Origin: Octopus vulgaris
Taxonomy: Eukaryota
Assembly: GCA_951406725.2 (NCBI GenBank)
Contig: OX597816.1
Span: forward strand, 20,584,001-20,648,000
Length of the DNA stretch: 64,000 nt
Direction of reading: 5' to 3'
Shown: piece by piece, positions 24,480 to 37,578 of the stretch
Layout: each line of letters starts with the position of its first letter
How positions within the stretch are numbered: position 1 is the stretch's first letter
Program-made: the position numbers and the translations under genes
Notes under the pieces: generated by a model
Database searches by the model: none
What the model saw: the letters and a program-made list of their open reading frames with translations, nothing else
Told to the model about the DNA's origin: nothing

Positions 24480-25164
24480 ATGTATATATACATATATATA
24501 CATATATATGTATATCAATATCTATCAATCTGTCTATCTATATATATATATTTATATATATATATATACATACAGGTATGGCTATAAGTCACTTTACCCA
24601 TATATGTGTGTGTGTATAGATAGATAGAGAGAGAGAGATAGGTAGATAGAAAGATTGATAGATTGATAGATTGCTTACACACATGCAACACACACACATA
24701 CGCACATGCACACACACACACACACACACACGTGTAGTAGTAATTTTCCATGTCTGAAAATAAAAGGTTCCTCCCTCACCCTCACCCCCCCCCCCCGAAA
24801 AACTACGAAACAAATAACAATGAGACATTTAAAAATAAATCAACTGAATTATAACAAAAGCAGTCACTTCAGCAATAATAAAATTGTCTTTGATTTTATT
24901 CAATTGAGCTGATCAAAGAATATATATACTACACACACACACACACACACACATTTTTCATCTATATGCACATACACATGCACATAAACACATGTGTGTA
25001 CACACACATATATAGACACTACATATAAACATTTATTTATAAACATATGTATGCATTATATATAAACTTATATATATGGGTATATATGCATTATATACAA
25101 ACACAATATATATGAGTGCATGTGTTTGTATCTGTATATAGGAATGTGGGAGCATATATATAAA

Positions 25165-25230
<66 letters not shown>

Positions 25231-25979
25231 CATGTATGCATGCATTTATGTATGTATGCATGTAAGTATGTATGTATGTACATATGTATGTATGAATGTG
25301 TGAGTGTATGTATGTTTATATATATATATATATATATATGTGTATATATGTATGTATGTATGTATGTATGCATGTATGTGTAGATATCTTGTACAGACAT
25401 ACTCTTAGGGAATAACAAAAATAATTGAGGCAATACATGAAGTAACAATGTTGTAAGTAAAATAAATGTTTGAAGTAATTTACAATTGGAATAAATTGGT
25501 TTGTCTCAAGAAACAGGGGGAAAAAGCATCAAACATTGCAATATTCATCAGATGTGTGTGTGTCTGTGTGTATGTATTTGTGTCTATGTTTGTCCCCCCA
25601 CCATCACTTGACAACTGATGTTGGTGTGTTTACGTCCCCATAACATAGCGGTTTAGGAATAGAGACCAATAGAATAAGTACTAGATTTGCAAAGAATAAG
25701 TCCTGGGGGTCAGTTTGTTTGACTAAAAAGGCAGTGCTCCAGCATGGCTGCAATCAAATGACTGAAACAAATAAAATAATAAAAGAATGCATATATATGC
25801 AATGGAACTATATTTTCTTTAATTTATACCATATTTGTCAGCCTCCAAATGATGCCATATTTCATAGATGCTGATGTAGCTGTGTGGTTCAAAACCGTTT
25901 TTTACAACCATCTGGTATTAGTTTCTGTCCCACTGCACAATGAATTGAGCAAGGGTATTCTGTGAGAAGGCCTGAAATT

Positions 25980-26395
25980 AAGGTGGTGAGCTGGCAGAAT
26001 CGTTAGCATGCCAGGCAAAATGCTTAGCGGTATTTCGTCTGCCATTACGTTCTGAGTTCAAATTCTGCCGAGTTAACTTTGCCTTTCATCCTTTCAGGGT
26101 CAATAAATTAAGTACCAATTGCGTATTGGGGTTGATGTAATCGACTTAATCTGTTTGTCTGTTCTTGTTTGTCCTCTCTGTGTTTAGCCCCTTGTGCATA
26201 GTAAAGAAATAGAAATAGGTATTTTGTCTGCTGTTACGTTCTGAGTTCAAATTGCACCAAGGTCGACTTTACCTTTCAAGGTCGATAAATTAAGTACCAG
26301 TTATGCACTGGGTTCGATGTAATAAACATAATTCCTTTGTCTGTCCTTGTTTGTCCCCTCTGTGTGTAACCCCTCGTGGGTAATAAAGAAATAAG
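25980..26395 (+). mobile_element. SINE family B partial dimer
   Basis: Full unit followed by a head-truncated unit via the aaagaaata|ggtatttt junction. Confidence 0.8.
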
Positions 26396-26540
26396 AAGGC
26401 CTGAAATTGGTGTTAGTGAAGTTGTAGAAATATTTTCCCAACCAATTTTGACTCTTTCAGGAGGTATATCTAGGAGTCAAATTCGACCACAACATACATG
26501 GTCTTCCAACAGCAACCCTCTCCAGCTAGAGTTTGACCAG

Positions 26541-26838
26541 CTGAAACCTATTTGAAAATGATACCAGGCTTACCATCCCTACAGGAAGTGCAAAAAATCG
26601 TGTTAACTGAAACGGCTCATGTACTGAGAAGAGCACTATCGTTGTGAAAATAACATCCATCCATGAATTTATTTATTTATTAATTTTTAAATACATATTT
26701 TATCTGTGAATTTGCGCGTGTAATCTGGGAATGCATACAATGCCCTTCTCTGCCCTAGGTGTATGGAAAACACTTGGCGAGAAACGGAAGAAAATTTGTA
26801 GAAAGAAGGAAGAAAAAAATATAATAATAATAATAATA
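26541..26838 (+). mobile_element. 3' fragment of an R4/Dong-related RLE element (sister family) with (TAA)n tail
   Basis: ETYLKMIPGLPSLQEVQKIVLTETAHVLRRALSL*; same family as 60617-61020. Confidence 0.85.
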
Positions 26839-27029
26839 ATCCTTTCTATTATTGGCTCAAGGGGCCTGGAATATTGTGGGAAAGGGCTAGTCAATTGCAT
26901 TGACTTCAATGCTCAACTGATGCGTATTTGATTGACCCTGAAAGAATGAAAGGCAAAGTTGATCTCAGCAAAAATTTGAACTCAGAATGGAACAAAGGTC
27001 ACTGACCAATTTGTCTTGTACTAATGGCA

Positions 27030-27222
27030 AATGATGAGGACAATAATAAGGATGATGATGATGGTGATAAGGGGTGTAGTTTCCTTGTAGTAGTGGTGTA
27101 GAGGTGGTGGTGATATAAGGGAAGTAGTAGTAGTAGTAATAGTAGTAGTTGTAGCAACAGCAGTACCAAGAGCAGCAGCAGAAGCAGACATACTAGATGC
27201 AGCAGTAGCAGCAGCAGCAGTT

Positions 27223-27265
<43 letters not shown>

Positions 27266-27358
27266 CTGCAGCAGTGGCAGTAGCAGCAGTGGCAGTAGCA
27301 GCAGAAGCAGTAGAGTAGTAGTGACCGCAGCAGCAGCAGCAGCAGCAGTAGCAGTAGC

Positions 27359-27392
<34 letters not shown>

Positions 27393-27443
27393 GTAGTAGT
27401 AGTAGTGGCAACAGCAGCAGCAACAGTAATACTAAGAGCAGTG

Positions 27444-27480
<37 letters not shown>

Positions 27481-27510
27481 TAGCAGCAGCAGGAGGAGGA
27501 GGAGGAGGAA
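27030..27510. repeat. (TAG/CAG/GAG)n compound microsatellite
   Basis: Directly visible. Confidence 0.95.
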
Positions 27511-28164
27511 GAGAAATAGATTTTTCTGTTTTTTTCTGTTTATTTCTTTTCCCAAGAAATACAAAACGAAAAACAAAAAAAATTTCAAGAAACGTGCAAA
27601 CAGTTAAAAAAAAATACAAGATAAAGAATCGGATGAAACATTAAAAATCCTAATTTCCACAGACTTTACCAATCTGAGAAAGTAGACTTTCCATTTCCCA
27701 AAAGAATTAAACTTGTAATTACATTGTACTATTTCAGCAAAGAACTTCATAAATAGAATATTATCAATAACAACAACAACAACAACAACGACAGTAACAA
27801 TAACAAGAACAAGAACCATGAGTTGTGAAGATTGTGAAAACACAAATAAATGAATGACAAGAAGAAAAACATGGACATGAAGAAAACTACTCAGCAGATA
27901 TTTAATAATAATAATAATAATAATATATATATACTCTTTTACTCTTTTACTTGTTTCAGTCATTTGACTGCGGCCATGCTGGAGCACCACCTTTTACTCG
28001 AGAAAATTGACCCCAAGACTCATTCTTTGAAAAGCCCAGTACTTATTCTATCGGTCTCTATTGCCGAACCGCTAAGTGACGGGGACGTAAACACACAGCA
28101 GCATCGGTTGTCAAGCAATGCTAGGGAGACAAACACAGACACACAAACAAACACAGACACACAA

Positions 28165-28199
<35 letters not shown>

Positions 28200-28499
28200 C
28201 ATATATACGACAGGCTTCTCTCAGTTCGATCGTTTCATGCGACTCCATTTAATTGAATAATGCAAATATTACATCAGTTTTAAAATGTAGAGCAATCTTC
28301 AGATTCATAAAAATATAGAATTTAGTTAAATTCGAAGGATTCATTTGTATAATTTTCTTATCCAAAATCACAATAGACAAAGGACATGTTTCATCAACAA
28401 CATCATAGTTGTAACTGATATTTTTCCACAGGAAGACACTGCTTATCATTGATTTTATTTTGTTATTCAGATTTACTAATGGGAGGGGTGGTCTAGTTC

Positions 28500-30300
28500 T
28501 AATTTATAGACTAGTTTATCAAGTCTAATAGAAACTAGAATCTATCCTTTATGAATAGGGTAAAAAGACAGTTTAAATGGCAGAGTCATAAATCAAGATT
28601 TCTTTGAAGAAAACCATTTGGCTCAGTAAGAATATATTTCAGCCAAATTTGCAGGCTAAAGCTGATGGGGTAGAGAGAGTAAAACTTATAATACTTAACT
28701 ATTTGACAACCATAAACCCAGTGTTATTTTTATATACATAGGTACATTTTAGAGAATTGTTTTTACACACACAAAAAAAAAATTTCAGAATAATTTCAGT
28801 ATTTTACACAATAGAGGGATGGAGAATATAGAAATAATTCCATATTTATATAATTTCTATACTAACTTAATATATATTTATAGTTAATCATTCAATAGTA
28901 ATTTTTGGTAATAATAAGTTAAATTAAAGGAATATGTTAAAAATGTGTATATTTTTCTATATGCTAATAATCTTAGAGCATATTTGTTGTATTATAAAAT
29001 AAACAGTGAAATAGTTTTATATAGGCTGAGTATGAAATTTATAGAAATATATTATAAATAAAATGATATAGTGAGTAAATAAGTAAGAAAAAGTGGTTTA
29101 AAATTAAAGTAAAGAAATGAAAATGAATATAATAAAAAATAAATATAAATCTTTGTAGAATGTTATGGACAAGAGGTAGAACAGATTTGTGTTCTAAAAT
29201 CTTATTATAAGATATACCTACCTTATTTATATTAATAGGTAAGGTAAGTTGTTAGAAGAAATTTTTTTATAATTCTATAATTTTTAGACTAAAATTTATA
29301 TTTACTTATCATGAGAATATCTATGAATGATTAGTGTTTAATGCCAGGTAAAAAGATGATCAAGTTATTGGGCAAAAATTTTATTTACTCTTTTACTTGT
29401 TTCAGTCAATTGACTGTGGACAAGCTGGAGCATTGCCTTTAGTCGAGCAAATCGACCCCAGGACTTATTCTTTGTAAGCCTAGTACTTATTCTATCAGTT
29501 CTTTTGCTGAACCGCTAAGTTACGGGGACGTAAACACACCAGCATCAGTTGTCAAGCGCAATGTTGGCGGGTACAAACACAGACACACAAACATATACAC
29601 ACACACATACATATATATTATATATATATACGACAGGCTTCTTTCAGTTTCCATCTACCAAATCCACTCACAAAGCTTTGGTTGGCCCAAGACTATAGTA
29701 AAAGATATTTGCCCAAGGTGCCATGCAATGGGACTGAACCCGTAATCATATGGTTGGTAAGCAAGCTACTTACCACACAGCCACTCCTACGCCTACGGCT
29801 ATATGATGATTTATAATTATTAATTGGTACTTATAAAATGTTATTTACTTATTTATTTATAATTTATTTTTATAAAGCTTTCTAATACATACAAAGATCA
29901 TGAGGGTAGAGTTGTTTTAGAGAAATAGAAACCAAGTAACTTAGATATTATTATCTATTCTTCATCAGGTTTTGAATATTGATTAAGGAGATTTAGAAGA
30001 TTTTTTTAAGAGATTCCCAGTAAATAAGGCATTAATTGACTCACATACCAAAATCCTTAAAATATAATAGAAGGGAGATAACCAAAATGTAATTTTAAAA
30101 ATGAAAATGCAATTATTTGTTTATATGGAGATCCTATATTTTTATATTAAGAGTAAAGTATGGTTATATGGGGTATAATAATTTAGGTTTATATAAAGGT
30201 AATATTTATAATATCGAAAAGGATTAGGTGGAGTAGAATTCTTGTAGAAATAGATGGGAAAATTACCAAATCTTTAAAACTTATTGTAGAGTAAGTATAC
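28500..30300 (+). pseudogene. Highly decayed non-LTR reverse transcriptase relic, interrupted by a SINE
   Basis: Ordered degenerate motifs: GKLLEEI (~29242), *CLMPGK (29332), IYFYKAF* (29862), RFPVNK (30011), CLYGDPI (30118), WGIII...SKR...IDGKI (30169-30264); spacing fits RT once the SINE is removed; 5' boundary uncertain. Confidence 0.5.
29385..29793 (-). mobile_element. SINE family A, full length
   Basis: Reverse complement of the family A sequence; partial copies also at 2065-2185, 14955-15170, 25553-25787, 27932-28225. Confidence 0.85.
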
Positions 30301-30317
30301 AACTTACAATCTCTGTC

Positions 30318-31296
30318 TCTTTTACAATCTCTTGAACAAGCCTCGAATTTTGTAGGTCTTTACCTCAATGAGTTCAAGACGGAATATGTAAACAAGTGCC
30401 TGTCCAACAGTGATTTCATCATCCATACTCTCAACAATACGCTTTTAAATATGTTTTCTGAATACATATCATCTTGGGTCATACATATCATCATCTGAAA
30501 AAGATTTTCTAACTAGTGCCCTTCCTAACGCCAACCACTCCGTGAGTGTAATGGGTGCTTTTTACATGCCACCGCCTCATCTGGCACCTGTGCCGGTGGC
30601 ACGTAAAAAGCACCCACTACACTCATGGAGTGGTTGGCATTAGGAAGAGCATCCAGCTGTAGAAACACTGCTAGATCAGACTGGGCCTGGTGCAGCCTCC
30701 TGGCTTCCCAGACCCCAGCTGAACCATCCAACCCATGCTAGCATGGAAAGCGGACGTTAAACGATGATGATGATGATGATGAAAGGGTATGGCCTGGTCA
30801 GCCTGTAATGATATGCATAAGATCTGGTCATCAAATCTAAGTAGAGACTTCAAACTTAAAATCTTCAAAGCCACAGTTGAACCAATTCTACTATATGGCT
30901 CAGAAACCTAGACGTTATCAAAGAAGCTTGAGAGGCGGTTGGATGGAATTTACACTCGCCTCCTTATGAGAGCTCAAAATCTCTCGTGGAAGTGTCATCC
31001 AACCAAAGTACAAATATATAGGAAACTACCACCTGTATCATCTCTTGTGAAAGGTAGAAGAGTCCAGTTTGCTGGACATTGTTGTAGAGCTGAAAACGAG
31101 ATAATTTCTACTCTTCTCCTCTGGAAGCCACCTACTCGCGATACCAGAGGGCGCACACTCTCCTACCCTGATGTAATCTCCAGGGATACAGGCATCCAGC
31201 AACAGGATCTCTGTAATGCTATGATGGACCATGAAGTCTGGCGTAGCATAGTAAATTCCATTGTCTTGACCACGGTCGAACAATGATGATGATGAC
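30318..31296 (+). mobile_element. 5'-truncated RTE-group LINE (third family), interrupted by an RTE tail
   Basis: LLQSLEQASNFVGLYLNEFKTEY...LGSYISSSEKDFLT|KGMAWSACNDMHKIW...VEPILLYGSET...RRVQFAGHCCR...TVEQ* then (TGA)n. Confidence 0.85.
30517..30782 (+). mobile_element. RTE 3' tail with 5' fold-back inversion
   Basis: 30517-30574 is the reverse complement of 30594-30651; ends cggacgttaaac(gat)n. Confidence 0.85.
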
Positions 31297-31939
31297 ACAA
31301 CTTAATAACTTCATTAGATGTATAAAAGTTCAACAATAATTCTTCTGCAGCCACTTAATACAAAGACAATTTGGTGTACATAGAGCCTTACTTTTCTCAT
31401 AAACAATTTGTTGTATCTGGTATGTATCTAAACTCCTGTTTGTAGTTTGAGGGAAAATTACACCACTGTCACTAAACACTATTTTAAAGTGCAATTTTTA
31501 TGGTTCAGAATTGCTTTAAATGTATTTGACCATAAAGATGCTTGAAATTTAGTGTTTTTTTGATATTTTTTAAGGTAATAATAAAATTAGTCGTATCTGT
31601 TGCCATGGCTCCGACAGCCAGCAGTATGAAAATAGGTACGATAAATTTTATTAATATCTGAAAAAATGCTAAGTTTCCAACATTTTTATGGTAGAGAGTT
31701 ACAAGAAGTATTCTTTATAACAAACACTTAGGCTTTAACACAGAAGGGACAATACAAGGACAGATGCAACACCTCAGTGGGGACAAAAACATAAAATGGA
31801 TGACATGAAATGTATAAAATGAACAAAATGATAATGAAATGGTTGCATTGAGTTCCACTCTCAAGCAGCACCATTTTAAATGTTTTTATGTACAGTTTTT
31901 AATTGTTTTCTTTTCGACTTTTTCTCCCTATTAGCATCA

Positions 31940-32352
31940 TACTCTTTTATTTTCTTTTAATTGTTTCAGCCATTTGACTGTGGCCATGCTGGAGCACCGC
32001 CTTTAGTCAAGCAAATCTACCCCAGGACTTATTCTTCGTAAGCTTAGTACTTATTCTATCAGTCTCTTTCGCTGAACTGCTAAGTTACGGGGACAAAAAC
32101 ACACCAGCATCGGTTGTCAAGCAATGTTGGGGGGTGAGGGCAAACACATATACAAACATATACACACACATACATACATATAAACATATATACGACGGGC
32201 TTCTTTCAGTTTCAGTCAACCAAATCCACTCACAAGGCTTTGGTCGGCCCAAGGCTATAGTTGAAGACACTTACTCAAGGTGCCATGCAGTAGGACTGAA
32301 CCCGGAACCATGTGGTTGGTAAGCAAGCTACTTACCACAGAACCACTCCTAT
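31940..32352 (-). mobile_element. SINE family A, full length
   Basis: Reverse complement of the family A sequence. Confidence 0.85.
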
Positions 32353-32594
32353 GCTTATATTTATATTCATATTTATATTCTATTATTTTAACATTTACTT
32401 TCTGTTTTTGAAGTCATTACAGGTACTAGTTCCTTGTATTCCACGACTGGTAGCAGTTCATCAAATTCTGCTACTGCACCCAGTGGGCCAATTTCGTATC
32501 CAAACAAATCCCTCCGCTTGCCGTATCTCCCCTTTATTTAAATTATTTACATTATTTCCATTTGATGGATATTTGTCCTCATCTTGTTTGTTGA

Positions 32595-33290
32595 TGAAAA
32601 GGCAAAGTCGACTTCAGCAGTATTTGAACTCAGAACGTAAAGACTTGAAATACCACTAAGCATTTCATCCGATGTGCTAACGTTTCTGCAAGCTCACTGC
32701 CTTAAATATTCTTTTCTACTCTAGTGCAAGGCCTGAATTTTTAGGGGAGGGGGCTAGTCGATTAGATCAACCTGAGTATGCAACTGGTACTTAATTTATC
32801 GACCCTGAAAGGATGAAAGTCTAAGTTGACTTCCACAGTATTTGAACTCAGAATGTAAAGACAGACGAAATACCTATTTCTTTACTACCTACAAGGGGCT
32901 AAACACAGAGAGGACAAACAAGAACAGACAAATGGATTAAGTCGATTATATCGACCCCAGTGCGTAACTGGTACTTATATAATGGACCTTGAAAGGATGA
33001 AAAGCAAAGTCGACCTCGGCGGAATTTGAACTCAGAACGTAGCGGCAGACAAAATACCGCTAAGCATTTCGCCTGGCATGCTAAAGTTTCCGCTAGCTCA
33101 CCACCTTAAATTTTCTTTTCTACTCTAGGCACAAGGCCTGAAACTTTTGGGAAGGGGACCAGTCAATTAGATCAACCTGAGTACATAACTGACACAACTG
33201 GTACTTAATTTATCAACCCTGAAAGGATAAAAGGCAAAGTCGACCTCAGCAGTATTTGAACTCGGAACACAAAGACAGACAAAATACCAG
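32595..33290 (-). mobile_element. Tandem cluster of about four SINE family B units
   Basis: Repeated atttgaactc(a/g)gaa motif near 32622, 32840, 33024, 33254. Confidence 0.8.
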
Positions 33291-33744
33291 TATTAATATT
33301 GGTTGTTTTCGATATTATTGCAAACACATTATTTGTTCAACATATTCTCCTTAACAAATTATTGTTTGCAGCTGTTCTGACTGCATCCAATCGGTTCAAA
33401 TGAAAAATGTTATAATGTAATGAGAATTGTCGAGCCCTCCCGACTGAGATTTTATATACAAATTAATCACAGCGTGCTTCTTAATAAATTCCATTTCGTT
33501 CAGCTAGTTTCGGTGTAGAGTTGGAGAATAGCTTAACTGATGGTTTATCTATTATGACTGTTTGCTTACATGTCTGTGATGGTTAATACCAGATTGAACG
33601 GCAGTCCTGTGGCTAGGAGATTATTCTTCAGCAATGACATGTCGTTGTCACTGGCATTATCATCATCATCATCATCATTACCATCTTCATCATCATTACC
33701 ATCTTCATCATCATCATCATCATCATCACAATCATCTTCTTCTT

Positions 33745-34190
33745 CATCATCATCATCATCATTGTTTAACATCCGCTTTTCATGCTGGCATGGGTTGGAG
33801 GATTTGACTGAGGACTGGCGAACCAGATGGCTGCACCAGGCTCCAAATCTGATCTGGCAGAGTTTCTACAGCTGGATGCTCTTCCTAATGCCAACCGCTC
33901 CGAGAATGTAGTGGGTGCTTTTATGTACCATCGGCACAAGGGCCAGTCAGGCGGTACTGGCAACAGCAACGCTCAAATGGTGTTTTTTATGTGCCACCTG
34001 CACAGGAGGCAGTCCGGCGGCACTGGTAACAACCTCGGTCGAATGTCTTTTTCATGTGCCATTAGCACAAGTGCCAGTAAGGCGATGCTGGTAATGATCA
34101 CGCTCGAATGGTGCTTTTTACGTGCCACTGACACAGAAGCCAGTTAGCTGCTCTAGCAACGATCACGCTTGGATAGTGCTCTTAGCGCTC
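33745..34190 (-). mobile_element. RTE 3' UTR fragment with about four repeat units
   Basis: (CAT)n-tgtttaacatccgcttttcatgctggcatggg plus repeated gtgctttttacgtgccac-like units. Confidence 0.8.
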
Positions 34191-34589
34191 CATCATTTCC
34201 GTCTTCATCATCATTACTATCTTCATCATCTTCATCATCAACATCGTCAGCATCATCGTCACCATCTTCATCATTCTCATCCTCATCATCATTATAATCA
34301 TAATCATCATTATCATCACCATCATCATGTGTACTTTTCTATGCTTGCATAGTTCAAGATAAACGTATGTTTTTTGGTGGTGGTGGTAATGATGATGATG
34401 ATGATAATGACAACAACAAGAACTGTGGTGGTGGCAGCGGCGGTGGTGGTTGCAGCAGTGGTGGTGGTGGTGGCAGTGGTTGTGGTGGTGGTGGTGGTGG
34501 TGGTGGCAGTGGTTGTGGTGGTGGCAGTGGTTGTGGTGGTGGCAGTGGTGGTGGGTGTTGCAGCAGTGGTGGTGGTGGTGGTGGTGATA

Positions 34590-34621
<32 letters not shown>

Positions 34622-34702
34622 ATTGATGTTTATGATGAAGGGGAGGAGAAGGAGGAAGAGGAGAAGAGGGAAGAGGTGAAGGAGGAAGAAGAGGAGGATG
34701 AC
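34190..34702. repeat. (CAT)n, (GGT/GCA)n, (GAT)n, (GAG)n compound microsatellite
   Basis: Directly visible. Confidence 0.95.
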
Positions 34703-35957
34703 TGCTAAACCATACATGTTCTAGTTCTGGACTGCCTCAAACCCTAATGGATGATTGTGACAGAGCTTCAACTCAGAAACCAAAAGCAGCACATTAGATA
34801 TTCGTAAAGAAATCTGTCAGATAACTTTAATGATTGCCAATGCACTGTCAACAAATTCATGCATCAAAAGATCTGCTGAGTTGTATGTTTTTGTCATACG
34901 ACGTAATTTGTGGTAAAATTAGCCATTAAAATTGAAGAAGCAAGTCGAAAAATATTTCAATGGTTTCATGAAAAGAAAGAATAAAAAAATTGACTTAGCA
35001 AATGACAGCTGAAAATTAGCTTTAAATGGCAACTAACCAGAGCAAAGTTGTTCACTGAAGATTACATAAGTGGATCATTGAGTAGAACAATTTCTCTACT
35101 ATTAGAAGTCTTAACAGTTGAAAAAAAATACAAGTGTTTCAGACATTGGTATTTACAGGAACTTTCAGACAAAAAAAATTTCTTTCGATACATATTTATG
35201 TAGAAATTTGTAAAAAATGGTGGAAAGCAGATGCTAAACGTTGATCTTATGCAATCAAATGTAATTCATACGTCACCAAAATTGTGATACTAATTTTTAA
35301 ATTTTATTTCATTTTGTTTTATATTTCTATAGAAGTCTTTAATTGTTAGCAATTTAATTATGAATAATGTTGAAAACAATTTTTTTTTGTTAATTGGAAA
35401 CAGTAAAAACAATAAAGGAGACATTTCAACAATTGAATAATGATAAATTTACAATATCAGATAAAAAAAAAAGGTTTTAAATATGGCTGCCGTTACTTCT
35501 AATTTGATATTTGCCTTCTTTCTGACTACAGTAAAATTTTGACCATGCATGTTCTTTTCTTTTTTGCTTTGCTTTTATTACCAAACAGATATTTTCATTT
35601 GTATGTTAAGTAATGCTTGAAGAAAATTATATATTAAAACTGCATAAAAGAATAAAACAACCCATGACATTGATAATAACCCTTTTTACTAAAGGCACAA
35701 GGCCTGAAATTTGGCCGGAGGAGACTAGTTGATTACATACACCCCAGTGTTTTGATGGTATTTAATTCAATGGTTTAATTGACTCTGAAAAGATGAAAGG
35801 CAAAGTTTGCATTTACCCGCTTTTTTTGTTTTTTCTTAAAATCTGGTATATTTTCAATAGGATTTTTTTTTTTGCTGACACTGCTAAGTTACAGGGATGT
35901 AAACAAGCCAACATCAGTTATCAACCAGTGGTGGTGTAGGAGGAACAAACACACCAC

Positions 35958-35992
<35 letters not shown>

Positions 35993-36266
35993 CATACACA
36001 CACATTAATATAGTTTTATTTTAGTGGTTGAACTTAAAGTAGATAAAGCTATAGACAATAGAGTATAAGTATGGTGTTAAAGAACCTTTTGGAGCCATCT
36101 TCAACATTTTCCATCTGAAAGGTTTTTTAACCAAATATTGACATGCTTTTTATTCATAACACTGTTAAAATATGATTTCTACCATTAGAAATGAATTATT
36201 TCATGTTCTCTCAAATTTTCTAAATTTTTATGATGTAAGCAATATATATAACTATAGATATATGCA

Positions 36267-36313
<47 letters not shown>

Positions 36314-36378
36314 TATATAATTAGGGTTCAGAAAAAAACTGTAGCAATTACTTCTTAATTAATTTCACCCTTTGTTAT

Positions 36379-36421
<43 letters not shown>

Positions 36422-36639
36422 ATGGGAGTTTAGTTCATAGGTGATCTAAACGATTAGGTATGCTAGGTAAGTGCTGTAACGGATTACTGAGGCTCCAAGG
36501 TTATAGCCAAGATGGTAGTTATGGAGCCATTGCAGATTTCCAATACAGCAAATATATAATTGTTAAAGAGGGAAGCAAATGCTAAGGCAAGGCAAACATC
36601 TCAAGTCATATTCATTATTATTATTGGAAAAAATTCAAA

Positions 36640-36695
36640 GTCTTACAGCTGTTTCTGGGATATACCAGAGTATGCAATATTCCATCATCAGAGAC
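36640..36695 (-). ncRNA. Minimal type I hammerhead ribozyme, intact core
   Basis: Minus strand: GTCT-CTGATGA-tggaatat...atatccca-GAAA-cagctg-TA-AGAC; stem I GTCT/AGAC, 7 of 8 pairs in stem II, palindromic stem III. Confidence 0.75.
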
Positions 36696-36751
36696 AAATA
36701 GTTTTCCCTAAACTCGGAAATATACCAGGTATACCTGGACATCCTTGTTAC

Positions 36752-36860
<109 letters not shown>

Positions 36861-37112
36861 GGAGAAGTCACAAAAAAACAAAACACAAAGACAGGTGGTG
36901 TAGACAACAAACAGATGTAATAATTTAACGCTCAGGAAATGAAAAAGTCTTTAACTTTTCAAGCCTACATTCTTCCACAGAAATGAACACAGAAATAAAC
37001 AATGAGAGAAAATAAAGAGTGTGTAGTGGCTAGTAATCTATCATGCTGAATGCTGGACAGAAGGGTCACACAGGAGAGCTAGGAAGAAGGGGATGGTTAT
37101 ATATATATGTAT

Positions 37113-37160
37113 GTCTCTGATGAAGGGATATCCATAATATCTCAGAAACAGCTGTAAGTA
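37113..37160 (+). ncRNA. Minimal type I hammerhead ribozyme, intact core, weakened stem I
   Basis: GTCT-CTGATGA-agggatat-ccata-atatctca-GAAA-cagctg-TA-AG. Confidence 0.65.
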
Positions 37161-37494
37161 TATTTATATCTTTTTCCTTATAAATGTCCTGCAAACTCCT
37201 CACAGCCTTGGCTTTCTTATTTCATTTTGTCAGAACCCACAAGCATAAACAAGAGAGACAGAAACAGATGGAAACAAGTAAAATGCCCCTTGTATTTGAA
37301 TACTATGCAAATATTCTTTAAAAAAACTTTTCTTTTAATTTTTCCAAAATTTAATTGTTTTCAATACTTACAGTTGAAGAAGTCTCAATGACTAAAACTG
37401 GTACTAAAATGTTTTTTATGAAATTATATTTGCATTTTCTATCTTGACTTTTGCTCCTTCTACATATCAACTCATGTGTTCCTTTTCAACCTTC

Positions 37495-37578
<84 letters not shown>

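Noticed and set aside
28500-30300. Nuclear mitochondrial insertion, suggested by AT richness and GC skew
   Set aside because: I found no recognisable mitochondrial rRNA, tRNA or protein motifs, and ordered RT-like motifs fit better; not excluded without BLAST.
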